DNA from: Harriotta raleighana
Lineage: Eukaryota
Assembly: GCA_050575255.1 (NCBI GenBank)
Contig: JBNZDD010013717.1
Location: forward strand, 3,864,120 to 3,928,119
Reading direction: 5' to 3'
DNA length: 64,000 bases
Numbering within the stretch: the stretch's first letter is position 1; every line of letters begins with the position of its first letter. Under the pieces are notes generated by a model. That model searched no databases. It saw only the letters and a program-made list of their open reading frames with translations, and had not been told where the DNA came from. Positions 14,084 through 27,890 of the stretch are shown here, in pieces. The position numbers and the translations under genes were made by a program.

Positions 14084-16529
14084 CTGCAAAAAGTGCAAAG
14101 CATGAAATTGCAAAGAGATTTAAAGTCATATTTTCCCACAGTACAATAAGCTTTTGCATTTATTGATTTTTACAGAACCTTGGATCTAATGTTTTCAGGG
14201 TTCATTGTTTGCCCATTGAAAACAATGCACTGTAAAACAATTTTATAAAATTAGAAAAAATGCAGTAAGATAGATATGTCTTTACTAGGTCTATTATTAC
14301 AAAATAAAACATAGCTACCCATGCAGTCACCATTCTTAGATTGGACTGATGTCTGTATATGGTATATTGAAGCCCCAAGGTAAAACTGCTATAATTTCAA
14401 CAGGATTACTAATATTTCTACATGACAGTAATTTCCTTATCACTTTTGTGAGGCTGACAGCTAACGGAAGCATACAGCATACAAAAGAAATTGAAGCAAA
14501 TACTGCAGTCTAAGAATACTGATGAGAGCCACCATAAAACAAGGTTCAACAGAATCAATACTATCAGCTGCGACTAATAAAAACTTGCATTTACCCTTCT
14601 CACAGCATAGCGTCTTAGCTAGTTATAGTATGACTAGATTGGGTGCTGAACAAGAGAGCAACAGGAGGTGAAGGTGACCATAGGTTCAGTCTAAGAAATA
14701 GGTCTTCAGGTGGGATTTAAGAGATATATAAAAAGGAGTTGAGACCGAGGGGGAGGCAGGGAGTTCCAGAGATTAGAGGCAAAATGTTGATCAATGGCAG
14801 TAACATTGTAGCAAATGTTCATTTCATACACCTTAACATATTTAGCTTTTTTACAAATGATGAATTTATGATTATTTGGTCCGTAAATATTCAAATTATG
14901 CAATTGCTCCACAAAGTTTTAAAAAAGGAAACGGAATGCAAACAAACAGTGATGAATTGCCAATATGCAAACAATTGTAAATTTGTATGGATCATCAATC
15001 TGTTGGAAAGTAGAGGAAAATTTCTGCAGGAAATGGAAAAATATATAACAAACATAATCGGATTAATAAACCCTTGATGGGAAAATAATCATGTAAATCA
15101 GATAACACATAAGCTCTCATTTCTAGCTGCTAGAAGGCACATCCCCTTTCCAATACGTAAGTGCTCTGGGACGCTGCCCCGCTTGAAGGGCGCTATATGA
15201 ATGCATGTTGTTGTACTTGAAGAGAAAACATCCCCCACAACAAATATGTGACACTTATCCAAATCAATGACGAGTGGCATCTGACTGGAGGCTGAGAATA
15301 AAAATCTGCTTTTGTTGCATTTTATTTCACCTCAAATCAACTGTGTGGATATTACAGGTTCAATCTATAATAATCATTAAAAATATGTAGTGATTTTTTC
15401 TCTGTCTTTAAAAGACATAAATAGATCACAATCACTTTAGGTTCAGATGGTATTAGTCTTAAAGTTGCCCCTAGGGAAGTGAATGGATGGTATTATAACA
15501 TTTGCTGAAGCAACATGTTTTTTCCCTAAATTTTTCCAAAATACAGTACTTAATTATAAATTTGAAAGTTATTGAAAATATTCATATCGGCTTAGTTCAG
15601 CTGGTAGTTTGCTCCTGGTTAAGAAGGTGGTTGATTGTCTGCCACATATTGGGAAATGAGCTCACAATCTAATCTGTAAAGACTGAGAACTAGCAGTGTG
15701 GAAAGCAGGAATGGTGGGGCTTTAGGTAATACTGTAATAATAATAATAATCCTTGAATTTAATATAGCATTTTTAACATCTTCTAGATGTCTCAAAGCAA
15801 TTCACAGAATATACAGTATAGTGAATTGGCTATATATTTGTGGGTGAAACGAAAGGTACAACAACAACAAAATTACATTTATAGAGTGCCTTTCACATAT
15901 TTACACCTACGTAGAAATGGAGATAGAGTAGAGCCTGTGTCACATAAAAAGGGGGTGGGGGCAAAGACCCCTCAGGAATTCCTTCCCTGTCAAACTCCGG
16001 AAATGAGGGACAGGGAACAAAAAGGCTCGAGGGCCATGCAGCTGGCCAGGTAATTGCAGGATTCGAAAGGATTGTGAGGGCTGTTGCATATTAACTTTAA
16101 CAACATAAGTGGTAATTAAGTAAGGTGTGTTACATATTAGCGTTATCAATGTAAGTGGCAATTAAGTATTGGACAGGTACATAAGGACTCTGGGGAATAA
16201 TGATAGAGAGAGTTGTAGATAAAGAGAGTATTGGAAAGAAGTTGGATTGTAAACTTGCAATAAAGATTGGATTAAATCAACATTGCATATTGTGGATTAA
16301 AGAATCTATAGAACATTACAAGGGCGAGCGGGTGCAAGATGGGTTGCAGGACACCAATCACAGACCTAGGAGACTGGGCTTTGGATCATTGAACTTTTCC
16401 CTGAGCTGTTGTGTTACTAAATCGTGATTTTTTTTAACCGAGTTTGTGTCGGTGTGCATCAGTTTGTGTCTGTTTGGATAGCTAGTGGTTACTGTATTAA
16501 GAGACCATAAGAAGAAAGCTAATATGGTA

Positions 16530-17263
16530 TCATAACTTGGGTGTAAAGAGTACAGTTTCCAAGTTTGCAGATGACACTAAGTTAGGGAGAATAGTAAATA
16601 GTGAGGAGGATAGTAACCATCTGCAAGAAGATATAGACACATTGGTAAAGTGGGCAGACACATGGCAGATGAAGTTTAATGCAGAGAAGTGTGAGGTGAT
16701 GCATTTTGGGAGAAGAAATGAAGGGAGGCAATATAGACTAGATAGTGCAAATTTAAATGGTGTGAAGGAACAGAGAGACCTGGGGATTTGTGTTAGTGAC
16801 TCGTTGAAGGTGGCAGGTCAGGTAGACAAGGCTGTTAAGAAGGCATATGGGATACTAGGCTTTATAAATAGGGGTATAGAGTACAAAAGTCAGGAAGTGC
16901 TGACTAACCTCTACAGAACTTTGGTGAGGCCTCAGCTGGAATACTGTGTTCAATTCTGGTCACCACACTATAGAAAGGATGTGAAGACATTGGAAAGGGT
17001 NNNNNNNNNNAGGGGAGCTGAGGAGAAACTTTTTCACTCAGCGAGTTGTTCGAATCTGGAATGCATTGCCTGAAAAGGTGGTGGAGGCTGATTCGATAAC
17101 AACTTTTAAAAGGGAATTAGATCTTTATTTAGGGAGAACAGGTCTATTAGGCTATGGGGAGCGAGCAGGGCAGTGGGATTAAATCGCTCTTTTCAAAGAG
17201 CCGGCACAGACTAGATGGGCCGAATGGCCTCCTTTTGTGCCGTAAACTTCTATGAATCTATGA
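16530..17263 (+). mobile_element. CR1 LINE 3' portion (RT C-terminus and 3' UTR), spanning a 10-N gap at 17001-17010
   Basis: ORF 16537..17073 SKFADDTKLG...WQMKFNAEKCEVMHFG...RPQLEYCVQFWSPHYRKD; ends GATGGGCCGAATGGCCTCCT...(TCTATGAA)2. Uninterrupted up to the gap, so probably young. Confidence 0.95.
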
Positions 17264-18080
17264 ATAACATGTAAGGTATTCCAATCACATTCTCAATCTA
17301 ATGCTGCTGCATCTCCTAACTGGAAAAACTTCAAATTATTTCTTTAATGCATGTGTTCATAACACATTTTCTCTTCAATATCATTTTCTCTTACTGACTA
17401 TAATTCAACATGTTTCTTCCCATCTATATAACAAATACATGTATAATGAATTCATGATAAACTCCATAATCTTCAAGTAATGAAATAATGAGATTACATC
17501 AGTCTATTCTGATTTTATGCTACTTCTTTTCAACATGCAGCTACTTTTGTTCATGAACACACAGCAGTACATGATAGTACAAAGTTATGCCTTCCTTAGC
17601 AATGATTTTGTTCCATGAGCACACTTTCACACTATTTTTTAAAAATCACAGTGAAGCAATAGGGGTTCAAAACATTATTAAAGCAATGAAGAGGAGGAGC
17701 ATTTCACTGATGGATTCGGCTGTACTTCTTTTTAACCACAAATGCATTCCGTTTCTCAGTGTGATTAATTTCATAAAAACTCATTTTTTCCAAACAAAAA
17801 AAAGTTAAACAATGCTGCAGGCAATTTTCAAACTGGATTCATTATAAAGACTCCAAAGTCACTAACAGCAACTCCTTCTAAATAAACCCAAATACTTCAA
17901 AGTAACTATAGGAATTCAGATCTGATGGAATCCCTTTCATAAATGGTATTCTGTGAATTGGCATTGTATACTTCTAATCAGTGGAAGGATTCACTGTTTT
18001 TCTGACTGGGAGTCTTGATTCATGTTGTGATTCATTGTAATTTATACCCAAGGTGGAGAATGTATCAACAGTTTTCTAAC

Positions 18081-18189
18081 CTTCTGCAAAGATCTAGAAG
18101 GCAAAATGCGCTCCGTCGGTCCACCAACCAGGTTCATACGGACAAGTATATGATTCATCTCCACAGAGAGACTGTCAATTATAAAATCT
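18081..18189 (-). CDS. TBC1D32: TBC1D32 exon: [36 protein letters not shown]
   Basis: 109 nt after a 119-nt intron, tttcag| ... AAG|gttag, phase 2-0. Confidence 0.95.
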
Positions 18190-18308
18190 CTGAAATATAT
18201 AGGGTTATCAATAAATTACTCTGACACAGCATAATGAAAACAACCACAGTTTTTATTTTACCTATAAAACATGCATCACTCTGAGGACCATCACTGTTAT
18301 TTACCTAC

Positions 18309-18431
18309 CCTGGGTTTTCTGAAGTTTCTCTGACATTTTCTTTTTGTGCATTCAGAAGGATTTCTGACACATTGTACTGAGATTCCAAAAGTATGAGGGT
18401 ATCTAGATTGCTGCACATTACACTCAATAAC
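18309..18431 (-). CDS. TBC1D32: TBC1D32 exon: LLSVMCSNLDTLILLESQYNVSEILLNAQKENVRETSENP(G)
   Basis: 123 nt, ctacag| ... |gtaggt, phase 2-2. Confidence 0.92.
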
Positions 18432-19714
18432 CTGTAGACAGTAAAGTTAGAGCATTTAAAGTATCAATTACAAAGTATAAAAGACATTATTAGTTTGGGT
18501 TCAAATTAACTCGATTCCTTTCTTGTCAAAATTTTAAACTCATCCTATAAATGACAGAAATTCAAGTTAAATCTTTTTTATACAATAAAACAACAATATC
18601 TGTCTGCGATTCAAGAAGAATCTTAATAACCGATTGACATAAAGACATGATTTATATCTCATTGGAACGGTCTTGAACCTGGGAATGACACAGCCATATT
18701 TGTTTTTGGGTATCTCCTATCATTTGTGATTTATTTTTAGGTTTGCGTGTTTCACTGTAATTATATTTAGTTGACTGTCAAACAAAATGGCACTGTGGCA
18801 TTGTGCATCACAGAGAACCTACAGAGCACCCACAGTTACTCCTGGTGGTACCGGCTGACTATGGTGCTGTGGCATCCAGTGTCACAGAGCATGTGCTGGA
18901 GCTCACAGGTGAGTAGAGATAAAGATAAAATGTCTGGCTGTGTGTCAATTTACATTCCATAATGGATCCTTTGATTGCAAGTGTAGCTACAATGGACACA
19001 ACTGGTATTCAATATAGTAGGAACTAGGAAATCTGGCAGGAATGATGTTCATCAACAAGACAAACGTCACCTTTTTCTATGTATTCAGACTCCCTGACTA
19101 AGAGAAATGTCTGAAATTGATTCTTTGCCTTCACAGTGAAAGCTTGGATATCCACTTTGACTACATAGATATGGACAACAGAGACAATTATTTGATGGAT
19201 TAGTTAATAGAATCAAAATGGTAGGCTATAAAAGTTTGCCATCTGGAAAGTAATGAATGGTTCTAGTTCTACCATCTCTGCCTCTTGTGGAATCAAATTA
19301 GCTTGGTCAATGATCATAATAGCCTCCAGAAATGTGTAAATAGGTCACCAGATTCAAATCCTGGGGGATTACCATGTTTACAAATCTAATATCACTTCTC
19401 CAGTATTCTTTTGGGCATTATAATACTGAAGGTTGCACAAATCAGGAATGTCGCAAACATGAGAAATAAAATGAAATACAAAACAGAAACACTCTTTCTT
19501 ACAAGAGACAAATGTGTCCACATTCTATTAAACTTTTAAAGAAGCTGATATGCAAACAACCAGAGATTACTACTAAACATTCTGGTTGCATTGTATGTAT
19601 ATTGATGTTGAAAAGGTGTTAACTAGTAGATTTCTAAATAGGGAAAAACATTTTTTCCAGAAAATCTGTTCATAAAATTGTAATTCAGAGCTAAGGATCA
19701 GAATTTCAACTTAC

Positions 19715-19803
19715 CTAAGACCAAAGATATGAGACTGCTCATAGTTGAACAACGAGTGTATTTTGGAATTTGAATTCAAAACTACCAGTCGATCAATTAA
19801 ATC
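19715..19803 (-). CDS. TBC1D32: TBC1D32 exon: [29 protein letters not shown](R)
   Basis: 89 nt, ttgaag| ... |gtaagt, phase 0-2. Confidence 0.95.
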
Positions 19804-20864
19804 CTTCAAAGGAAACACATAACCAATATGCAATTCATTTATAAGTACTGTGCAAAACAAGATATGTTAATTTAAAAATATTAAATAGTTTTGAGACTGC
19901 TAATCAAACTAAATAATATCAGGCTTCTTAAATTTTTAGTTGGCTAAAAGAAATGTCTGAATAAAATATACATTTTTAAATTTTGTTCCAGTTACGCAAT
20001 TGCACAATAATAACATACAGTACTTGTGTTTAAATTTAAATATTGGTCTGACAGATAATTCAATCTATATTGATTGGCTTAATATCATGTTTCAGTGATA
20101 ATGCAGCAATGATTCATTTACAATACAATAATTGTCTCACATGCTGGGGATGAATATTTTTATAATGGGCCAACTTGTTTAAATGGAACACATTTTACTC
20201 AAATATACTTCACCCAACTGGTTAGTGAATACTGTGTATATACACAACACATAACATGTTCAGATACTGGAAAATGGCTACAAAATAAGTATTGTACAAA
20301 ATAAGTACACATGTACAAAATGGCTGCTGCATTTGAGTGGAAATTATTTTGGGACTTTAACTCTAAGTTAAACGCATTATAAAAATTCAAGCATTGATTA
20401 CTATTTAAAAGAACCGTTGAAATTTATAGCACTAAAGAAGGCCATGCGGACCATCATATCTATATCTGTGCGGATTCATATGAATATAACAGAGCTACAC
20501 TTAGTAATTACAGTTAAGCACTTTGGTATATTTTGATGTGGTAAGGAGCCATAGGAAAGCACATTCTTTCTAATTATTCATGTAAATTTGAAAGATGCAA
20601 ATATTTTAAAATCAGATGAATTATAGGCTTTTAATAAGATTTTAAGTCCTGTATAGGTTTGACTTTTAATACTTTTTTAGTTTAAATGAGTGTTATCTTT
20701 TAAAACAGTATTATCATTCAATCAATCAATCAAAATTACATTTATATAGCGCCTTTCACGTCGGGAGAACGTCCCAAAGCGCTGAATTAATACATCACTA
20801 TTAGCAATACAGTACTTTAAAAATTAAATGTAGCTTTCAATTACAGAGTTCTATAAAAACTTAC

Positions 20865-20984
20865 AACAATGGATCCAGGCACTTCTCGTAAGGAGTAGGT
20901 TGTCTTGTTTGGCAGTGGCTGATTACTAATCAGTTCATACACAGCATGGTAAGACGATAACAGGTTCACAAGAGCGAGGAATGA
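20865..20984 (-). CDS. TBC1D32: TBC1D32 exon: [40 protein letters not shown]
   Basis: 120 nt, tttaag| ... |gtaagt, phase 0-0. Confidence 0.95.
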
Positions 20985-21730
20985 CTTAAATGTGTAGCAA
21001 AAAACAATTAAAATAGGCAGCATTAATGAAGAAAAACGTTTTAACACAAATATACACAAACGAGAAATCACAATTACTGAACTCATACCAAAATGCCTGA
21101 GAATTTTACATCTTGGGTTTCTTTTCTCAGCAACAATTTTTGACAGTACATTAGAACACAAGAAAGCATCGACTGAGACAAGGTCATTTGGTCCATCTTA
21201 TTGTGGATTGCACTCGATGGAAAAATTGTAAAGATACTTCCTGGTGCTGAAAAGCAATTAAAAATCCAGTACATTAATCCATTTTCACATGTCTACTTTT
21301 CAAACTTGCCCTCCTTCCCTCCACAGACATTTTCCCTTCCACAAAATCCTTTACAGAATCATTGTTTTCACCCAAATTATGCCAATACCAATCCCTTCAT
21401 GCCAACAGAAAGAGTGATATACCCCAAAAAGACTATATTTATACCAAAACAATATCAGCCAATAGGTATTAGTGCACGTGACGACAAACATCCAAATCTT
21501 CCCATCCAGTTGAGGGTGATATCAGGAGGCCCATATTAATATCTGATCTTTGCAGTTGTGTACAGTTAAATCAAATACTATTAAGACTACAATATTTTTC
21601 TCTAATGCTATTCCTTTTACTGGCTTGCGAACCCACATTCTACATGTGAGTGTTGGCAAGCTATTTGGCCACATTTGATCGATCTGATCTTTCATACACA
21701 AATCTCCAGTGGGCGGCAGAGTGGTGGAAA

Positions 21731-22332
21731 GCAACAACAACAACAAAATTACATTTATAGAGCGCCTTTCACGTCGGGAGGATGTCCCAAGGTGTTGTAC
21801 AATCAAGTCACGACCCAAGCAAGGGAGGGTGCGGGGAGGTTCATAGAGGGACAGCAGGTTGGAAAGGTAGGGGGTGCAAGGTCTTTAAGGTGAGGAAGAG
21901 GATCTTGATTTCAATCCTCTGGGGGATGGGGAACCAATGGAGCAGGGCGAGGGTGGGAGTGATGTGGTCGCGGAGCTTGATGCAAGTGAGGACACGAGCT
22001 GCAGAATTTTGGATGATCTGCATCTTATGAAGGGAAGAACCACGACAAGGAGGGAGTTTTCATAGTCAAGTCTTGAAGTGACGAATGCATGGACAAGGGT
22101 TTCGACAGACTGAGGGGTGAGGCAGTGGCGAGTTTGGAGATGTTGCGAAGGTGGTGGAAAGCATTACTGGTCATGGCGCGGATGTGAGGGAGGAAGGACA
22201 ATTAAGGGTCGAATAAGACCCCCAGGAGCCTGACTGGCTTAGAGAGTTGGAAAGTGCAGCCTTGGATACTGATGTTGTCAGCGTCTGAAGTGCGGAGACG
22301 ATGATACGAGCCAATCAGGAGGGCCTCAGTCT
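21731..22332 (-). mobile_element. L2 LINE 3' fragment
   Basis: QIIQNSAARVLT...DHITPTLALLHWFP; (GTT)n tail. Confidence 0.9.
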
Positions 22333-23482
22333 GAAGCAGAAATCCTAGTGGATTTTTCCACCTCCAACCACAAAGGCTGGGTGCACCTAGCTGAGATTAG
22401 TTTACACAAATTTGAAACTATAGCCTTCAGCTCTGCATAACTTAGTGAAGCACAGGGAATAGGCTTTATTTCTAGGACACTGGAGGCAAATGAATACATT
22501 TTCTAATCTTCGCCACATTTCTGTGACTGGTGCTCTATTTATTTAAATTTGTCGGTGAAATCAATGATATGTCACAACACTTCCATTACATTCTGTGGAT
22601 TAAGTACCCACAAGGACATATGTCATTCAGCAGGAATGTTCCCAACCTTTGAAAATTGCAGCAAAAATTGCAGCAACAAAACCAGAGGAAAAAATAAACG
22701 TGACCTGAAGTGAGAATTCATCTTAAATATTTCTTGCATTTTACTTTGAAAAGCATCTGCCTATCTATACTTGATATAATGCAGTACTTTGAAAATATGA
22801 AATCTAATATAAATATTCTGCAATGCAAAAAGCACATTCTCTGCCATTATATGTTCTTACATATGACTTTCCCCTGTTGATTAAATTACTGAATATTGTT
22901 ATTATGGGATTAGAAGAAACGAAGGAAGGAAGCAAACAAGGAAGGAAAGACAAAATTAGATATAAAATAGCCACAGCGTAAAAAATAAATAGCACTGTCA
23001 GCACTGTTCAAAAAAAAATTTGATTGGGAAAATTAGATTACAAACCAGTGCCTATTTTAAGAGCCAATTCTCATTTTATTCTTTAGTGTTAATAAGTAGA
23101 AGGGGAGTGGTGGGGACTAAATGCACATAACGTTGTGTTTCTTTAGAAAATTGCATTCAGTTATAAAAGAACATGCTGTTAACATGCCATGGGCTTACTA
23201 TTTATGCCAAAATTAGAAAAGTGAACTAACTGATGGACCTTTTTCAAGTAAGAATAATACTGAAACTTAAATCTCCTAAAATGGAAAGACATTTCTTAGC
23301 GAGTGAATTTTTACATTTTTACATTTAAAATTCTCTACTACCGCCCCCCTACTCCCACACACATACTAATACTCTCATTTATTAGGACTGCTTTGTGCAA
23401 TTTAAATATATTTGTGAAAATTCTTTACCATTGCTAAATTAGGTTTAAAATAGAGAATTCTGCTTGTCCATTTTTCTCTTAC

Positions 23483-23601
23483 CTTCTGACAACTTCTGTC
23501 TATGGGATCCACTGGTGTTGGTTTAGGGTGGATCATCCTCACATCATCTCTTCCACACTCCAACACTGACCAGAGTTCTATTAAAAGTGCTTTGATGAAA
23601 C
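23483..23601 (-). CDS. TBC1D32: TBC1D32 exon: [39 protein letters not shown]
   Basis: 119 nt, tgttag| ... AAG|gtaag, phase 1-0. Confidence 0.96.
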
Positions 23602-24129
23602 CTAACAAATTAAATTAGTTTTAGTTTTAGCATTGCACATTAAGAAGTGAAACAAAATATAAATAATTCACTTAAAAAATCTTACTGCTAGAATATATCT
23701 TCCATGTGAATAATCAGATATTATGCATCAAATTGATCACTATTACAGCTGGAAATGGTAATACTGTACATGATTTATTACCAGATGATCTCTTCTGTAT
23801 ATACAGTATGTAGATATCCAATAAATTTATGGAGTGATTGTAATATGACTACTACACAGAAATCATATTTCACATGTAGGAAAATTCAATATGATAATTC
23901 AGAAGGGAGAAGTAGCACTTACATGCCTGACAGCCTTCATTTAAAGAGACACTTAAATGCTCTCAGGAGCAGCATTGCTCCTCAAATAATAAAATAAGAA
24001 TATCTCACCAGCAATGGGAAGTTTTTTTTTACTTGGCAAAGTACTACTACTCTAAGTGTTGTCAGTCACAAATTATGAATTTCTATAGTAACATTACATC
24101 TAAAAGTGAGCCTTCAACCCAAGGGCATA

Positions 24130-24480
24130 ACAACAACCAAAAAATTACACTTGTATAGAACCTTTCACGTCAGGAGGACGTTCCAAGGCACTGGACAGTC
24201 ATTGTTTCAGACCCAAGCTGGGGTCAGGGATGGGGAGGGTGGAGGGAAAGGGGGGGATTTGGGGTGACTGATGAGACCGTCGAGGAGGAGGGTATAGAGG
24301 TTGGATTTGTAGGAGGCCAGGGAGGGGGCGAGCCTGAGGGACGGTGGGATGGGGTTCCAAGGTTAGGGGCAGCGTAGCTGAAGGCTCACCCACCAATGGT
24401 GGGGCGGGTGGGTCGGTCGAGATGGAGCAGGCCAAAGCCTGCTGAGCGGAGGTGGCGGGCAGGTTGGGAACCAAGGTGAC
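24130..24480 (-). mobile_element. L2 LINE 3' fragment
   Basis: Tail plus IGGxAFSY region. Confidence 0.8.
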
Positions 24481-25912
24481 TAGTTATGAATAGGATGTGA
24501 CCAACAAAAAGCAGAGTAGTTTTCCGATGGTGAGTATGAGTATATCATTGTCAAACATATCTACGTAAAGGAGAAGTAAATCCAGAAGCGGAGGGTATCA
24601 AGAGGCTTAGAAGTGATTGTAGGCAGGTATAAGAATGATGTGAGTTATGTGGATACGAATGAGAGTAATCCATATGGTATTTCAGGCTTCAGAGATTCAT
24701 GGAGGTGAGACTGTGAATCCACTTTCTCCATGAAGAGCCACAGAGACAGTCCGCCATTAAAACTATAATAGAGGTTTTGCCATTTATGTCAGCATTCACT
24801 TTGCTGTGCCACAGTTGCATTGAAGCGTAAGCAGAGGTAGCTATCAGCCAGCACACATTCAGAAACCCTTAACCCCCCACCACCCCCACCCACTCATCCA
24901 CCACAGATGGTAGTTTAGTTGCCAGATGGTTATTAGATATTTGACAAGTGCAGGTTTGAACTCTCTCTGGATGAATAGCAGATACTAACAATTTCTTGTG
25001 AGCCATTTAGTAGGTAGTACAACTTAGAAATTTAAGAGATTGCTACTGCCATCCTTTTTACCATTGAGCAATGGCTGTTAGGGGCCTCAGCATCAGCCGC
25101 TTAGCTCCCTGCATACAAGTCAAAGTAGGCCCGAAGCCTGGATATTTAAGCAAATGTTCATAAGCACGGATTATAGATAAATCTTTCCAGCCTTGTTTAT
25201 ACCAAGCCTCAGAGGTTACTCTTCAACTGTTGGATGGATACCTGTCTTCAGATATGAGATTGAGGGGAGAACTGATAAACAACAACGTGTAAGATGTCAG
25301 ACTATATGATTAAAGTGCGTGATGTCAAGTAGAGAAGAAAAGAGAGATGTGTCCCATGACATGAGCAGATCCCAAGCTCAGTGCCAGGATTTTCACCCAT
25401 TGATAGGTACAACCCAGAATATTGTAAATATTTTAGTCAACTATCAGATGACTGCCATTGAGTTTCACAATGTCACCATTCAGTTAGAATTTAAAATGAC
25501 CAAGGAGTGGACCATTAAATTATGCTCAGGTAATTAACCAGGTTAATAGAATACCAGCTTTCACTTGTACATTTTTATCTGCAGCATATGTCCAGTGACT
25601 TCCTTCACCAGTGAGAGATCAAGTATAAGAGCAACATTAAATTTGAAATGTAGATTGCCATTTTGACTGGTCAATTCACATGTGTGATCGACTTGCTTCT
25701 GATGGTGGTACTCTACTTGAGTGCTGAGAGTGAAAAAGCACAAACTAGCATGAGGCTGATTGAGGCACAGGAAAACTGTACTCGTACTTGTTGCATTCAG
25801 TATTCATTGAAAATCATTCAATCAGTGTAGCACCTAACAGACTATTAACAAGCATTGATATTTTCACATGTGACAACCATATTGATGGCAAACTGGACTT
25901 ATAGCTCTTTTC

Positions 25913-26125
25913 CAACAACAACAAATTACATTTATAAGGCAGGTTAGGAGGGTGGCTGAAGGCACGGTCAAAGAGGAAGGTCTTGAGGCGTGCCTTGAAG
26001 GAGGGAAGGACGAAGCAAGGGGAAGGGAATGTGAGATGGAGTTCCATAGTGTGGCGGCAGAGTGTCTGAAGGCCTGACCGCCGATAGTGGGGCAGCCAGA
26101 GTCTGCTTAGCAGAAGGAGCAGACC
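25913..26125 (-). mobile_element. L2 LINE 3' fragment
   Basis: SFKARLKTFLFDRAF plus tail; abuts MITE copy B. Confidence 0.8.
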
Positions 26126-26131
26126 TAAGTA

Positions 26132-26599
26132 CGGTAAAAACCGGTATGTGGCACCCAGACAAATGGAACGTCGGCGCCCCCCTATAAAATTCCCCATTTA
26201 AGCAACTGAAGCTGACACATTCAGTTGTCTCACAAGAATACAGTACAAGTGGTTCTGAATGCTGCCGATAGTGGCTTAAAGTCACACTGCCATTTTTTCC
26301 TCTTAAAGCAGCACTGTCAGTTTTTCCTCTTAAAGTGGAAAAAACTCTTCTGACCACAATTGTAGAAGTTTGCTCTGTGATTGTGTGCTGTGTTTATAGC
26401 CTGTAATCAATATTTATTGCTTTATTGGTAAGTATCAATTCAATATTCTGTTATTATTTAGTCTATTATTAATATGGTATGTTTAAAAAAAAAAAAATTT
26501 TTGTTGGATTTTCAGCAGCCTCCCCTCCACATATCCTGCGCATTCAGTTAACCGGCACATGCCAGATCTCGAGGGTGCTGGATATGCGGGCTTTTACTG
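26132..26599. mobile_element. Related MITE, copy B (diverged)
   Basis: TA|CGGTAAAAACCGGTAT ... ATATGCGGGCTTTTACTG|TA; shares core CAATATTCTGTTATTATTTAGTCTATTATTAATATGGTATG. Confidence 0.75.
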
Positions 26600-26859
26600 T
26601 ATTATGTTTCTAAGTTATACCAGGCTGTTTTTTTAAAGTTTAAAATATTTCTCTGCATTTAAATAAATTCTTGTTCAGTTATCTTCATTTGTCATCTGGT
26701 ATTTAGAAGCCTAGCTTTCATATTGCTCATCCAAATTGTATTGTGATTTAATCTACATAATCTTGTATAGTATGTTGAGTCATAGCTCAGTTGTTAGAAC
26801 ACTTGACCTTGCAAATGAGAGACCTGAGTTGCTATAGGCGATCCTAGACGTAATGTAAT

Positions 26860-27520
26860 GAAGGCATGTTTCAGGGTTTCAGCGAACTCTCTGCCACATT
26901 GCCTGTCTTCATCAATACCTCACCCCCAAAAATGCTGAAAGCCTAGTCTTTAGCTGCACTACTATTATTCCTTCCTCGCCGGTCCCCCTTCCTCCACCAT
27001 TCACAAAATTCTGTTCATCCAAAACTCCGCTGCCTGCAGTGTTTCCCGCACCAAACTTCGTACCCGATTACCCCACTCCTTGCCAAAATCCACTAGCTCC
27101 CTGTCATAGAGGGAATCGATTTAAGATTCTCACTCTAGTGTTTAAATCCCTCAACTCTTCCGCAACCCCCCTACCTCTCCAACCTCTTCTTTCCTCACAG
27201 CAATACCCGCTCCCTCCGCTCTACTGGACCCTGCCTCTTCCTTGACCCCTGAATCCTCTGCTCCACCATCGGTGGCTGTGCTTTTAGCCACTATCCACAA
27301 AACTTTGGAAATCAGTCCCTCAACCCCTTTGCCTCACTCCCTCCTCCTCCATCTTCGGATTACACCTGATGACCTTTCTTTTTAATCTCCCTTATGGTCA
27401 TGTTCGTCCTCCCCCTGGCTCAGCCTAGCATTTATTAATTATTAATTATTAGGACTTATTAAGCACTCTGAGACACCACCTGATATGGAGAGCATTATAT
27501 AAATTCAAGTTGTTGTTGTC
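26860..27520 (+). mobile_element. L2 LINE 3' fragment
   Basis: IQNSAA, RFKILTLVFKSLN, tail (GTT)n. Confidence 0.85.
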
Positions 27521-27890
27521 TGATTGGCAGGGGTTCTGGAATCGAGGGTGGAGGCAAGATAGAGTTGGGTGTCATCCACATGTGTGGAAGTTGACCCGTT
27601 GTCTGCAGATGTCACCAAGTGGGAGCATGTACACGTTGAAGAAGAGAGGACCAAGGACAGAGCCCTGAGGAACACCTCATATGATGGTGTGGGGCCTGGA
27701 GGAGAAGCCGTTTGTGGAGACAAACTGGAGCTGATGTGAGAGATAGGATTTGAACCATTCATCAACAACAACAAAATTACACTTGTATGGAGGAGGTCCC
27801 AAGGTGCTGGACAGAAACCTGAAGGTTGAGGTGAGAGGAGAGGCAGTGAAGGGGGATAGAGTGGTCCACAGTCTCAATGGCAGCACATAT
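27521..27890 (-). mobile_element. L2 RT fragment interrupted by a short L2 tail at about 27760-27815
   Basis: WFKSYLS...[10 protein letters not shown]...DDTQLYL. Confidence 0.85.

Noticed and set aside
16537-17073. 178-aa RT ORF as a host gene
   Set aside because: 5'-truncated CR1 with a typical CR1 3' end.
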